From positions 2,592,001-2,656,000 of the forward strand of contig OY970194.1 in NCBI GenBank assembly GCA_963708075.1: DNA of 64,000 nt. Reading direction: 5' to 3'. Below the pieces are notes generated by a model that saw nothing but the letters and a program-made list of their open reading frames with translations, did no database searches and was not told where the DNA came from. Shown piece after piece: positions 11,501 through 21,142 of this stretch (position 1 is its first letter; each line of letters begins with the position of its first letter). A program made the translations under genes and the position numbers. Source of the DNA: Sedimentisphaerales bacterium. GTDB lineage: Bacteria; Planctomycetota; Phycisphaerae; Sedimentisphaerales; Anaerobacaceae.

Positions 11501-12528
11501 AAACGACCCCACAATACGAACCGTTCCTCCCCTGGGCCAACCTGCCGCGGTACGGAATTCAGGGTGTATCGCCGGATGACCGATCCGGAGACATTTACCT
11601 TGAAGACGAGAGACTTCGGCTTGTGACCGAAGTGGCGATCGTCGCCAGGAGGCCATTGCTGATTCGCGGCGAGCCCGGCTCCGGCAAGTCCTCGTATGCG
11701 CCGTTTGCGGCCCGAAACCTCAACTGGCGTTACTACGAGTACACTGTAACGGGCCGGACGGAGGCAAAGGATCTGCTCTGGCGATTTGACGCGCTTGCTC
11801 GCTTGCGCGACGCTCAAGCGCAAGTGAAGCGAGAGCAAATGAAGCCTGCGCGTTATGTGACGCCGGGGGTCCTGTGGTGGGCTTTCAATCGGCAGGACGC
11901 GATAGCATTCTCCGCAACCGTGCACTCGAGGCGAACCGCGACCGCGACCCAGAGCCGGATCACGGAGCCTTTCGCCGAGGTGAACCGCAACCGCAATCCC
12001 GCGGGGGTGGTGGTCCTGATCGACGAAATCGACAAAGCGGATCCAGACGTGCCGAACGATCTCCTGGAAGTCATGGGGATGAATCGCTTTCGAGTGGAAG
12101 AAGCGGATCACGAGGTGGAGAGCCAACTGGCTGCCTCGCCGGGAGATTTCGACCCGGCGAATCGGTATGGTAGACTGCTGATTGTCATTACCACCAACGA
12201 GGAGCGCGACTTGCCGGCGGCTTTCCTGCGCCGATGCATCGTCCACACCTTGGAGGAACCGAAAGACAAGGAGTCAAGGATGCAACGACTGGGCAGCATC
12301 GCCCGCCTGCACATGGCGTCCCTGATCGAGAACCAACCCCAGGGTGTGGATTTTGTCAAACAGATCGCCGGGAAATGCGAGGATTTGCGTGAAGAGGCCC
12401 GACACAAGCAGCGGCGCGGGCCGAGCATAGCCGAATTTCTGGATGCCGTCCGGGTCTGTCTGACCCTCGGCGTTCCGCCTACCGATGCACGGTGGCAAAC
12501 GATTCAGCAAAATGTTCTGCTCAAGTAG
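11497..12528 (+). CDS. MoxR-family AAA+ ATPase
   Basis: PLLIRGEPGSGKS (Walker A), DLLWRFDALARLRD, VLIDEIDKAD (Walker B), ITTNEERDLPAAFLRRC. Confidence 0.93.
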   Translation: MKTTPQYEPFLPWANLPRYGIQGVSPDDRSGDIYLEDERLRLVTEVAIVARRPLLIRGEPGSGKSSYAPFAARNLNWRYYEYTVTGRTEAKDLLWRFDALARLRDAQAQVKREQMKPARYVTPGVLWWAFNRQDAIAFSATVHSRRTATATQSRITEPFAEVNRNRNPAGVVVLIDEIDKADPDVPNDLLEVMGMNRFRVEEADHEVESQLAASPGDFDPANRYGRLLIVITTNEERDLPAAFLRRCIVHTLEEPKDKESRMQRLGSIARLHMASLIENQPQGVDFVKQIAGKCEDLREEARHKQRRGPSIAEFLDAVRVCLTLGVPPTDARWQTIQQNVLLK

Positions 12529-12579
12529 ATCACGATCCCTTTCAATAACGAGGACGTTTCCCCAACAGGAGAGGCCAGG

Positions 12580-13551
12580 ATGAACATGTGGCAAGGACAT
12601 CCGCGGAGCGAAGTGGGTCTTGCCGAGATGGTGCAAGCCTGCTATGTCCTCAATTTGTGCGAGGAAACCCATCTGCAGTGGCTGGCTCAGTCTCTGGGCC
12701 TGTTTTGGGCCAAAGTACCCGACCGCGAGGGCGATTCCACAGCCGCCGGAGCTGCGCCGAGCCCAGCGTCCTCTCCGCCCCCCGCCACCCCACCGAAACC
12801 CGAGCCACCCCGAAAGCTCCAATTGCTCGATCCGGTGGCTCAGAAGCCCATGGCCTTTGACGTGTTGCTCGCCGGGGATGCAGAGAGGGTCCGATCTGCG
12901 GCTCAACTCCGAGTTCCGGCCGCACCCACCAGCCGGGAATCCTCCTCGCACCAACCGTTGTTCGGGGATCGGTGGTTCCTCGGCATCATAAGTGCCATTC
13001 TCGCCACCCAAATGACCTCCCACGAAATCGACCTCCAGCTTCTGTGGCGGAGTATCATCCATGGTGAGGTCTTCAAGAAGCTTCCGCTGCGAAAGCATTC
13101 GAGTTTGATCAAGGGCGTGCATCTGCTCCTGGATCGCTCGGAATCGATGCAGCCGTTCTGGCGTGACCAGACCCAATTGGTGAGCCGACTGCGTCGCCTC
13201 CTCGGCAGACCCAAAGTTCAGACCACATGGTTCGAGTTTGATCCGCTCAGGCCCCGTGAGACACGTCTGATCTGGCCCGCGCGCATGCCGAATCGCTTTC
13301 GGGAGACAACCCCCGTTCTCCTCGTCACGGATTTTGGAATCGGAATGGACCCCCTGGCGGCTTACTACATGGAGTGGGAGCCTTGGCTTCCCGTTTTCCA
13401 GCTTGCCCGGAGTTGCCGCTGTCGAGTGCTTGCCCTGGTTGCGGCTCCGAGCAACCTGTGGCCCGCGGGCTTGGAACAGTTCGTCGATGGGGCTGTCGTT
13501 TGGGATCGTGAAACATCTCCACAGGTGGCCACACGCCTATGCCGAACGTAG
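12580..13551 (+). CDS. vWA-domain protein (MoxR partner)
   Basis: MIDAS-like LLLDRSESMQPF and VLLVTDFG; Pro-rich N-terminal linker; directly follows MoxR. Confidence 0.8.
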   Translation: MNMWQGHPRSEVGLAEMVQACYVLNLCEETHLQWLAQSLGLFWAKVPDREGDSTAAGAAPSPASSPPPATPPKPEPPRKLQLLDPVAQKPMAFDVLLAGDAERVRSAAQLRVPAAPTSRESSSHQPLFGDRWFLGIISAILATQMTSHEIDLQLLWRSIIHGEVFKKLPLRKHSSLIKGVHLLLDRSESMQPFWRDQTQLVSRLRRLLGRPKVQTTWFEFDPLRPRETRLIWPARMPNRFRETTPVLLVTDFGIGMDPLAAYYMEWEPWLPVFQLARSCRCRVLALVAAPSNLWPAGLEQFVDGAVVWDRETSPQVATRLCRT

Positions 13552-16500
13552 AGACAATCGCTCACGATGAATCGGGTGCCATCGAGGAGGCACGCTCTGA
13601 AGTGGCGGCTTGCGAAAGGAGGCGGCCTGACGTCGTGGCGTTGGCGGAACTCGCCTCCCTGGCTCGGTTCATCGAACCGGAGTTGCTTCGCGCGATCCGA
13701 CTGGAACTGGGCGAGCGAGCCGCCGGATCGACACGAATGACGGTGGCCAGCGAGTCGGCTGTCTGGTTCAGCCCATTTGTCGCAAGTCGGGGCGCGGACG
13801 GTATTACCTTCCTGCCGGAGTATTGCCACGTGCTTCGACCGCGACTGGCCGCCCATCGCCTCCTTCTGGAGGACACCAGGCGCGTCGTTGAGGAGTGCCA
13901 CAAATCGGCCCCCGACGTGCTTCAGTGGGAAGAGAGAATCGTATATCTCGCATTAACCGGACGGTTGGACGAACTGGAGAATGAAATCGTACGGGGCATC
14001 AAAAGCATCTCTCAAGGAACCAGGCCGCCGCTGGTCAATTGGATCCTCGAAATGGGGCCCCGTCTGCCGCAAGAGGTGTCCAACAACGCACTGTTGAACA
14101 AGCTCCACAGCCTGGCCGCCGGTTTGTCGCTGCGACGAACTCCCACCGGCGCCGGCAGCAAGGGACTGATTCTCGATTTCTCCTCCTTGCCGACGCGCGA
14201 ATTGGGGGTAGCGCTTCGAGAGAACAACTTCGTGATCGGGGACGTACCGCAAGCCACTGTCGGAATTCGAGTGCCCGACTGGGAGCCGGTGGAAATCGAT
14301 ATTCTGACACCCAAGGAATTGATTACCGGCCAACCCCTTGTTGTATCCCGCGACGGATTTGCGGAAGTCAGCGCCTCCAGGGGAGTCGTGCGGATTCAGA
14401 CGGTGGCTGGCCACGTCTACGAACTCGATCCGGCCTCTTTCCGGCCCCTCCAGTCTCATACGATCTTCATCAGCTATAGTCACGAGGATGAAGCGTGGAA
14501 AGACAAGCTGCTGCCGCATCTCAAGGTGCTGGAACCGGCCGGCATGAACATCAGAATCCGGAGTGATATGGAAATTGACGGCGAGGCAAACCGGCATTCT
14601 CAAATCCAGGACGCCCTCGCCGAAGCCGACGTCGCCGTGCTGTTGATCTCGCCTGACTACCTGGCCTCTCGTTCCATAATGGATAAAGAGGTCCCCGTTT
14701 TGCTGGAGCGTCAGAAGAGGGACAACATCCTCTTGATTCCTCTGCTCGTTCGCCCATGCAGGTGGGAGACACACCAATGGTTGAGGGACCGACCGATGCT
14801 GCCCCGAGACGGCAGATCGATGGCGACCGATTATCCGGGAGAGAAGGCCGACACCGTTTTGAGCGAGATAGCTCGTTACATTCACGAGCATCTCACCCGT
14901 CTCGGAGACCCTTCGCAACGTGAGGCGATGCCGCGGGGCAGTGACGAGTGGCCCCAGTTATCACCGAACGATGTCTCCATTGCCAGGCTCCCTACTTCCA
15001 GCGAGCACTTCCTGGGTCGCGACGACGAACTGGCCTTCCTCGACGCAGCATGGGCAGGAGAACTCGGCTCGAAGTTCGTGTTGCACGATTCCCGCTTCAC
15101 GTATCCCAAACCTCGGCCCACTGTTCTCACTATCGTCGCTTGGGGCGGCGTCGGCAAATCCGCCCTCATCAACGAGTGGCTTGCGCGCATGGCGCGCGAT
15201 CACTGGCGTGGAGCGGAGCGGGTCTTTGCGTGGAGCTTCTACAGCCAGGGCACGCGGGACCGCGTCGCTTCCGGCGACTCGTTCATTGCCGAAGCGCTCA
15301 AGTGGTTCGGCGACCCGGACCCCGTCGCCGGGTCCCCATGGGACAGAGGCGAGCGGCTCGCCCGGCTCATCCGCCGGCAGCGCACGCTGCTTCTTCTGGA
15401 CGGCTTGGAGACGCTTCAGCAGCCGCCGAACGCCCCGGAGCCGGGCCAGATCACCGACCCCGCGCTGGCCGCGCTCGTCCGCGAGTTGGCCATGGAGAAC
15501 CCGGGCCTGTGCGTCATCACCACCCGTGAGCCAGTGACCGACCTCGCCGGCACACACCGGGCCACCACCGCCCAACTCGACCTCGCACACCTGTCCCCCG
15601 AAGCCGGCGCTATGCTCCTGCGTGAGTTGGGCGTGCAAGGCGCTGACAGCGAGTTACGGCAGCTCGTGCAGGAGGTGCGCGGCCATGCCCTGACTCTCAG
15701 CCTGACCGGCAGATATCTGGTAATGGCCTACGCCGGCGACATCCGTAAACGTGGGGAATTGAAGCTCCTCAAGGCCGACGCCGCAGTGCAAGGCGGCCAC
15801 GCCTTCCACATCATGGAAACGTATGACAGGTGGTTCCTCCGCGAGGGCGAGCAGGGCCGGCCGCTGATCGCCATCCTGCATCTGCTTGGCCTCTTCGATG
15901 GACCGGCGGACTCAGGATGTCTCGCCGCATTGCGGAGGAAGCCACCCATCGCCGATCTCACGGAGCCGCTTATGGGTCTTACCGACGCCCAATGGAGACT
16001 CGCTATCTCGCAGTTGGCCTCCTGCGGTCTCGTGTCAGTCCAATCTGACGAATCCGCAATCGATTCTCATGCCTTGGTCCGCGAGTATTATGCCGAGCAG
16101 GTGCGAACGCGATTTCCTGCGGCATGGAGGGAAGGTCAGAACCGATGCTATGAACACTTCCAACAGATTGCACCCGAACGGCCCGACACGCTGGAAGAGA
16201 TGATGCCGCTCTTTGCCGCCGTGACCCATGGCTGCCAGGCTGACCAGCATCAACGTGCGTTTGACGACGTGTACTACCGACGGATTTGCCGCGAGAGTGA
16301 GTTGTATCAACTCCGCAGGCTTGGCGTCTTCGGTGCTGATCTTGGGGCTATTTCCGGCTTCTTCCTCCGGCCTTGGGATGAGCCGGTCCCGACTTTGCGC
16401 GATTCCAGCCAAGCATGGTTGTTGAACGCGGCGAGTTTCGACCTGCGAGCTCTGGGCCGTCCGGCGGAGGCGATGCAGCCGGCGCGAACCAAACTGGACG

Positions 16501-17471
16501 CACACGCGGCCAAGGAGGACTGGGAGCAGGTCGCACGCGCTGCTGGCCACCTCAGTGAGTCGAGCCTGACACTGGGAGCACTGACGGAGGCCGCGCAGTA
16601 TGCCAGGCAGAGTATGAACCTCGCTGATCGCAGCGAGAATATGTTGTGCCAAATCACCAGCCGCACGGCGCTGGCCGATGTCCTGCACCAAGCCGGCCAG
16701 TTGGAGGAAGCCGAAAAGCTGTTCCACGAGGCCGAAATCATGCAGACGAAGACGCAGCCGGAGTACCCGCTGCTCTGTTCATTGCAGGGCTACCGGTATT
16801 GCGACCTGTTGTTGACCCTGGGCGGTTGCGGGCCGTTGCTGTCGGATTCAGTCAGCCGATCTCAGAAAGCTCCTGTCGAATCGCCGACGCGTTCTGCCTT
16901 CACCCCGGGCTCTGCCTGCGAGCCCCAGTCCGCGATCCAAGCGTGCCACGCGGTGCAGCAACGCGCCACTCAAACGATCAGGATTGCCGAGCAGGGCCAA
17001 TGGCCTCTCGACATTGCGCTCGATCATCTGAGTCTGGGTCGAGCCATCCTGCTGGAGCATGTCCTGGGGCCCGATGATCAACCGCTGGACCCTGCATCCA
17101 AACACCTGAATGCCGCCGTGGACGGCCTTCGGCGAGCCGGAAGACAGGATTGCCTGCCTCTCGGCCTGCTGGCACGAGCCGCGCTGTGGCGGGTCGGCGG
17201 CGACCCGGTCGGCGCGGCGCGTGATTTGGGCGAAGCGAAGGGACTGGCCGACCGGAGCGGTATGAAGCTCTTCCTGATCGACGGTCTGATCGAGCAAGCG
17301 TGTCAATTGATTCAGGAGCCGGGGAGCAGGACTCAGAAGTCGACGGGCGAGCGGCTGGAGTCGGCCCTGGAGTGTGTGGCAAGAGCTAGGACGCTCATCG
17401 AATCCACCGGCTATCACCGCCGTGACAGAGAGATCCGTTACCTCGAACAGAGCATAGAAAGACAATCGTAA
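13539..17471 (+). CDS. NLR-like protein: vWA-associated N-terminal region + TIR + STAND NTPase + TPR repeats
   Basis: IFISYSHEDEAW...LLISPDYLAS...DKE (TIR), IVAWGGVGKSAL (Walker A), LLLLDGLE (Walker B), VITTR, GHALTL, then helical TPR-like repeats. Overlaps the vWA gene by 13 nt. Confidence 0.88.
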   Translation: MPNVETIAHDESGAIEEARSEVAACERRRPDVVALAELASLARFIEPELLRAIRLELGERAAGSTRMTVASESAVWFSPFVASRGADGITFLPEYCHVLRPRLAAHRLLLEDTRRVVEECHKSAPDVLQWEERIVYLALTGRLDELENEIVRGIKSISQGTRPPLVNWILEMGPRLPQEVSNNALLNKLHSLAAGLSLRRTPTGAGSKGLILDFSSLPTRELGVALRENNFVIGDVPQATVGIRVPDWEPVEIDILTPKELITGQPLVVSRDGFAEVSASRGVVRIQTVAGHVYELDPASFRPLQSHTIFISYSHEDEAWKDKLLPHLKVLEPAGMNIRIRSDMEIDGEANRHSQIQDALAEADVAVLLISPDYLASRSIMDKEVPVLLERQKRDNILLIPLLVRPCRWETHQWLRDRPMLPRDGRSMATDYPGEKADTVLSEIARYIHEHLTRLGDPSQREAMPRGSDEWPQLSPNDVSIARLPTSSEHFLGRDDELAFLDAAWAGELGSKFVLHDSRFTYPKPRPTVLTIVAWGGVGKSALINEWLARMARDHWRGAERVFAWSFYSQGTRDRVASGDSFIAEALKWFGDPDPVAGSPWDRGERLARLIRRQRTLLLLDGLETLQQPPNAPEPGQITDPALAALVRELAMENPGLCVITTREPVTDLAGTHRATTAQLDLAHLSPEAGAMLLRELGVQGADSELRQLVQEVRGHALTLSLTGRYLVMAYAGDIRKRGELKLLKADAAVQGGHAFHIMETYDRWFLREGEQGRPLIAILHLLGLFDGPADSGCLAALRRKPPIADLTEPLMGLTDAQWRLAISQLASCGLVSVQSDESAIDSHALVREYYAEQVRTRFPAAWREGQNRCYEHFQQIAPERPDTLEEMMPLFAAVTHGCQADQHQRAFDDVYYRRICRESELYQLRRLGVFGADLGAISGFFLRPWDEPVPTLRDSSQAWLLNAASFDLRALGRPAEAMQPARTKLDAHAAKEDWEQVARAAGHLSESSLTLGALTEAAQYARQSMNLADRSENMLCQITSRTALADVLHQAGQLEEAEKLFHEAEIMQTKTQPEYPLLCSLQGYRYCDLLLTLGGCGPLLSDSVSRSQKAPVESPTRSAFTPGSACEPQSAIQACHAVQQRATQTIRIAEQGQWPLDIALDHLSLGRAILLEHVLGPDDQPLDPASKHLNAAVDGLRRAGRQDCLPLGLLARAALWRVGGDPVGAARDLGEAKGLADRSGMKLFLIDGLIEQACQLIQEPGSRTQKSTGERLESALECVARARTLIESTGYHRRDREIRYLEQSIERQS

Positions 17472-17775
17472 GCAGAGCCTGGGCGTCGTTCACAGATGCT
17501 TATGCATCGGGCAGGTTCAATCGCAGCCCGCACCGGTCCATGCGGGAGCGCGTTCACTGTCCCAATGTCAACAATGTATAGACGCTGTAGCCCGTTCCGC
17601 CGGCAGTGGCACCATCCAGCGGGTGGCGTTGGAGGACTTTGGGCTGTTGGTTTAGCATCCGTCGTCCCGGCTGGAGCATCCGCCCCGCAGGTCAGACTCG
17701 ACTCGACCGATCCGCCGGACTTCGCAGCGCGACCAACGGATGAGCTGCACGAGCTGCTCAAGCCGACCTTGGGGC

Positions 17776-17804
17776 TTGAGAATCAGTTCCGGCTATGTCA
17801 TAAT
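17776..17804 (+). promoter_or_regulatory. Putative sigma70 promoter of the SLATT gene
   Basis: TTGAGA-N17-CATAAT with an extended -10 TG. Confidence 0.5.
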
Positions 17805-17949
17805 CATGATCGGGCCTTCGCTCCATTTGCGCGGTTCAATGAGGAGACCGTATCGTTGACACACATACCGCAAACGATCTTTGTTCGCGTGGGAACGCCC
17901 AAAGGCATGTATCCCGAGGACTTCGCATGGCTGTTGAAAGGATACCGAG

Positions 17950-18993
17950 ATGGACACGAAAATCAGCGAGGACGCGGCGAACGTAGAAGCGTTGATTCGA
18001 AGGGCAGAGAAAGACATCGGCTCGGATGATCTTGAGGATTACCGCATCCGGCCGACGATCTTCCCTCAAACCACCCAGCGCCCGGCGCCGGAACTTGCCG
18101 ACGTATTGCGCGACAGTCTGCTGACTGAGACGGCGATGCGCTATGAAACGAAAGACGCCAAGGCGCAGGCGGCTCAGAGGTCACTCAAGCGGTTGGCGAA
18201 CTGTAGTACCTGGTCAGTTTTCGTCGTGACGGTAACGGGTGCCCTGCTTGCCAGCCTGAGTATTTTCTCTGCCGCCGACACGAGTTCACGTTGGAGGCCA
18301 GTGGTTATATTGCTGAGCTGTTGCGCCTTATTGGGCGGGGCGTTGGCAAGCTGGTGCCTTTGCCGCATCGACAAACAACATCTCCTTCGAGACTGGATGA
18401 GCGCGCGCGCTGGTGCGGAGTCAGAGAGGCTGGCCTACTTCGAACGGCTCGTTCAGCGCATCACGGAGAATCACGCGGAGGACCCGCGTGTGATGTTGCT
18501 CTGCCTGGAATTCTTTCGCCGCTATCAACTTGCCGTACAGCAGGTGTACTATAGGACGCGTACCCAGGATCATGGTAGCTCGCGAAGGAAAACGGTCGCC
18601 ATCGGGGCTGTTGCGGTAGCCATCCTTTCCGTCGGTTCCGGCGGTTTCGGCATATGGGCATCCATCCGACCTGAGGTGCTTCCGCTGGCAGCACTTGGGG
18701 CTATCGGAAGCGCCTTAGCCATCGTGGCCACTCGTCGTGAGGAACTCAACCAGGACGAACGTAACGCTGAACGATTTGAACGCACCTCAGATGCGTTGAG
18801 CCATGTCAGGGAGCGCCACTCCGCCGTCCAGAATGCTGTTGCACGCGGCAACTCGCGGGTCCTCTCACAATATGTCGCTGCTGTTCATGAGCAGGTTTCA
18901 CTTGAACATCGGCAGTGGCTTGCAGACGCTGAGACCATAGGCGTACAAATCAAGGAGTTGAACGCATCTCTCAAAGACCTTGGGGAGAAGTGA
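17950..18993 (+). CDS. Tandem SLATT/DUF4231-like 2x2TM membrane effector
   Basis: Two TM hairpins, each followed by a charged helix (WMSARAGAESER; NAERFERTSDAL); Q..YY before the second hairpin; C-terminal EQVSLEHRQW. Confidence 0.72.
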   Translation: MDTKISEDAANVEALIRRAEKDIGSDDLEDYRIRPTIFPQTTQRPAPELADVLRDSLLTETAMRYETKDAKAQAAQRSLKRLANCSTWSVFVVTVTGALLASLSIFSAADTSSRWRPVVILLSCCALLGGALASWCLCRIDKQHLLRDWMSARAGAESERLAYFERLVQRITENHAEDPRVMLLCLEFFRRYQLAVQQVYYRTRTQDHGSSRRKTVAIGAVAVAILSVGSGGFGIWASIRPEVLPLAALGAIGSALAIVATRREELNQDERNAERFERTSDALSHVRERHSAVQNAVARGNSRVLSQYVAAVHEQVSLEHRQWLADAETIGVQIKELNASLKDLGEK

Positions 18994-19226
18994 GGTTGTC
19001 GACCACCTCTTCTGTCCATGGCGTGCAGCGATGGTTCCGTCGCTTCGTCCTCCAGCTCCAGAAGGTGTTCCCCGGGCTCCAGCCGGATCATCCGGTTCGT
19101 GTCACCTGGAATCGTCTCGCTGATTCTGCCCCCCGCCTCACATGGGAATTGTATTACAGGCCGCGCCGCGTCCGTTCTCTTGCCACGCACTTTCTGGGTG
19201 CACGACAAAAAAGTGGCACTCGATCC

Positions 19227-19315
19227 GGGTGGCAGCGTCAAGGCCGAAGGCCTTGGCGATGGTTATGCTGCGTCCGAGGCAGGCCATCGCCAAGCTGCGC
19301 TTGACGCTGCCACCC
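19227..19315. repeat. ~90-bp palindromic REP/MITE-like element, copy 1
   Basis: GGGTGGCAGCGTCAAG...CTTGACGCTGCCACCC outer IR and TTGGCGATGG/CCATCGCCAA inner IR; homologous copy at 46672. Confidence 0.75.
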
Positions 19316-19383
19316 AAGAGTCTCATCCTCGCTCTGCCACAATCTTGTCGTACACCCCACTTTCTCAGGCCCGGAATAAATGC

Positions 19384-19413
19384 TTGCTCTCTCACGAGAA
19401 GAGGTAATATAAT
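19384..19413 (+). promoter_or_regulatory. Putative sigma70 promoter of the metallophosphoesterase-CHAT unit
   Basis: TTGCTC-N18-TATAAT, ~170 nt before an AGGAGG RBS and ATG. Confidence 0.5.
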
Positions 19414-19584
19414 CATGTCTTACTCGGTGCCCAAGAACTGTGGGGCCTCTGCAAGAGGACAGAACAGCAGTTATTTGGATTGAGGCGGGAAACAAAAATT
19501 TCGCAATTCGCCCACGTAGAAACAAGCGGCGTGTCTTGTCACTGAACAAGTACGGAGAGAACAAGGCCTTGAAAGGAGGTTCAG

Positions 19585-21139
19585 ATGACGACATGTATTC
19601 CGAACTACGACGCGCTCTATGTTGTCTCTGACATTCATATGGGGGGCGGTAAGCCGCGCTTTCAGATCCTGAACCAGGGGTCCCGCCTCGGGAAGCTGAT
19701 CCAAAGGCTGGCCGGAGAGCGCCCCGATGACGAGGTCGCACTCGTGTTGAATGGCGACGTCATCGACTCCCTCGCGGAAGATTCCATCGGGTATATTGCG
19801 ATAGACAATGCCGACCAGATGATGCGTCATATCTATCGAGATCCAGCCTTCGAGCCGGTGTGGCGCGGCTTGGCCGAATTTGTGAAGCAGGATCATCGCC
19901 ACTTGATCTTCGTCCTGGGCAATCACGACCTCGAAATGGCGCTCCCGCACGTCGAGTACTCGATACGCCAGCAGATCACACAAGGAGACACGCTGCGGCA
20001 GGGTCGCATCACGTTCGCTACGCGCGGTGGCGGCTATGCATGCAAGGTCGGCCACTCTCATGTGTTCTGCACGCATGGGAACGAAGTCGACGATTGGAAC
20101 GTCGTCGATTATGGCGCCCTTGGCAGGCTCGCACGAAGCATCAATGTTGGACTGAGCCTCAAACAGTCCGAGTGGACTCCCAATGCCGGGACGCGGCTTG
20201 TCATCGATGTCATGAACGGCATCAAACAGGACTACGCCTTCGTCGATCTGCTGAAACCCGAGAACCGAGACCGTCGTCCCCATCTTACTCGCTCTCGAGC
20301 CGTTGACAATAAAGGATGTCCTTGCGTTTCTGCCCGGCATTATGGCCGGCAAGTTCTGGGGCGGGCTTAGAAGGCGGGGAATCCTCTCCGGCGACGTGGA
20401 CAGCATGGAGGCGATCACAGATGCGAGGGCGGCGGGCGATGCCGTCCTCGATAGCTTGCTCGGCCCTCACTTCAAACAGGCCATCAAGCCCGGCGGCTCA
20501 TGCATGCCACAAGACACCGGCACCTTACTCCTTGACGTCGAGACATCCCTTGCCTCGGGCCCTGACAACCCAGACAGTGACGGGACGGAGCAGGGAGAGA
20601 CACTCGGAGTGATTCAGTGCGCCCAGTACGTTGCAGACCGCCTCAGGGGCGTCGATAAGGTAGAAGCGCTGCGTCGAGCCCTACAAGACTGGTTGTCGGA
20701 GGATGAGACATTCAAGCTCGACACTAAAGACAAGACCTACAAACGGGTGACTGACAAAGTCGGCTCCGCCGTGGATTTCGTCATCACTGGTCACACCCAC
20801 CTGGAGCGGGCCATTGCCGACGAGTCCAAGCGGCGTTTCTATTACAACTGCGGGACATGGGCTCGCTTGCTCCGTCTCGGGCCCAAGACTCTGTCTGACC
20901 CCGAGACGTTCCAAACAATCTGGGATGTCATACGCGCCGGAGAGATGCAGAAACTCGATGAGACAACTGTCAAGGCTGACGACGGATCGGAGGTGCCTCT
21001 GATTCTACTCAAGTCGACTGTGGTGAGAATCTCTTCCGAGAATGGCAAGGTCGAGGGCAGACTTTTTCATGTGAGAGACACCGGCGCCGAGGATGTGGAT
21101 CTGGACCCGGTGCCTGACTCAACGTTCGAGAGGAGGTAA
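19585..21139 (+). CDS. Calcineurin-like metallophosphoesterase; apparent +1 frameshift at ~20263
   Basis: SDIHMG, NGDVID, GNHD and THGN in the first ORF; GHTH and YYNCGTW in the second. Removing one A from GAGAACC joins them (LKPETETVVPILLAL), ~517 aa. Confidence 0.87.
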
Positions 21140-21142
21140 GGG

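Noticed and set aside
17496..18029. 177-aa ORF between the NLR and SLATT genes
   Set aside because: No recognisable motifs; it overlaps the SLATT start and contains a good promoter match.
18998..19012. TCGACCACCTCTTC (and CGGGCCACTTCCCC near 23040) resembling the tRNA 5' end as a possible att duplicate
   Set aside because: Short, mismatched and compatible with chance in GC-rich sequence.
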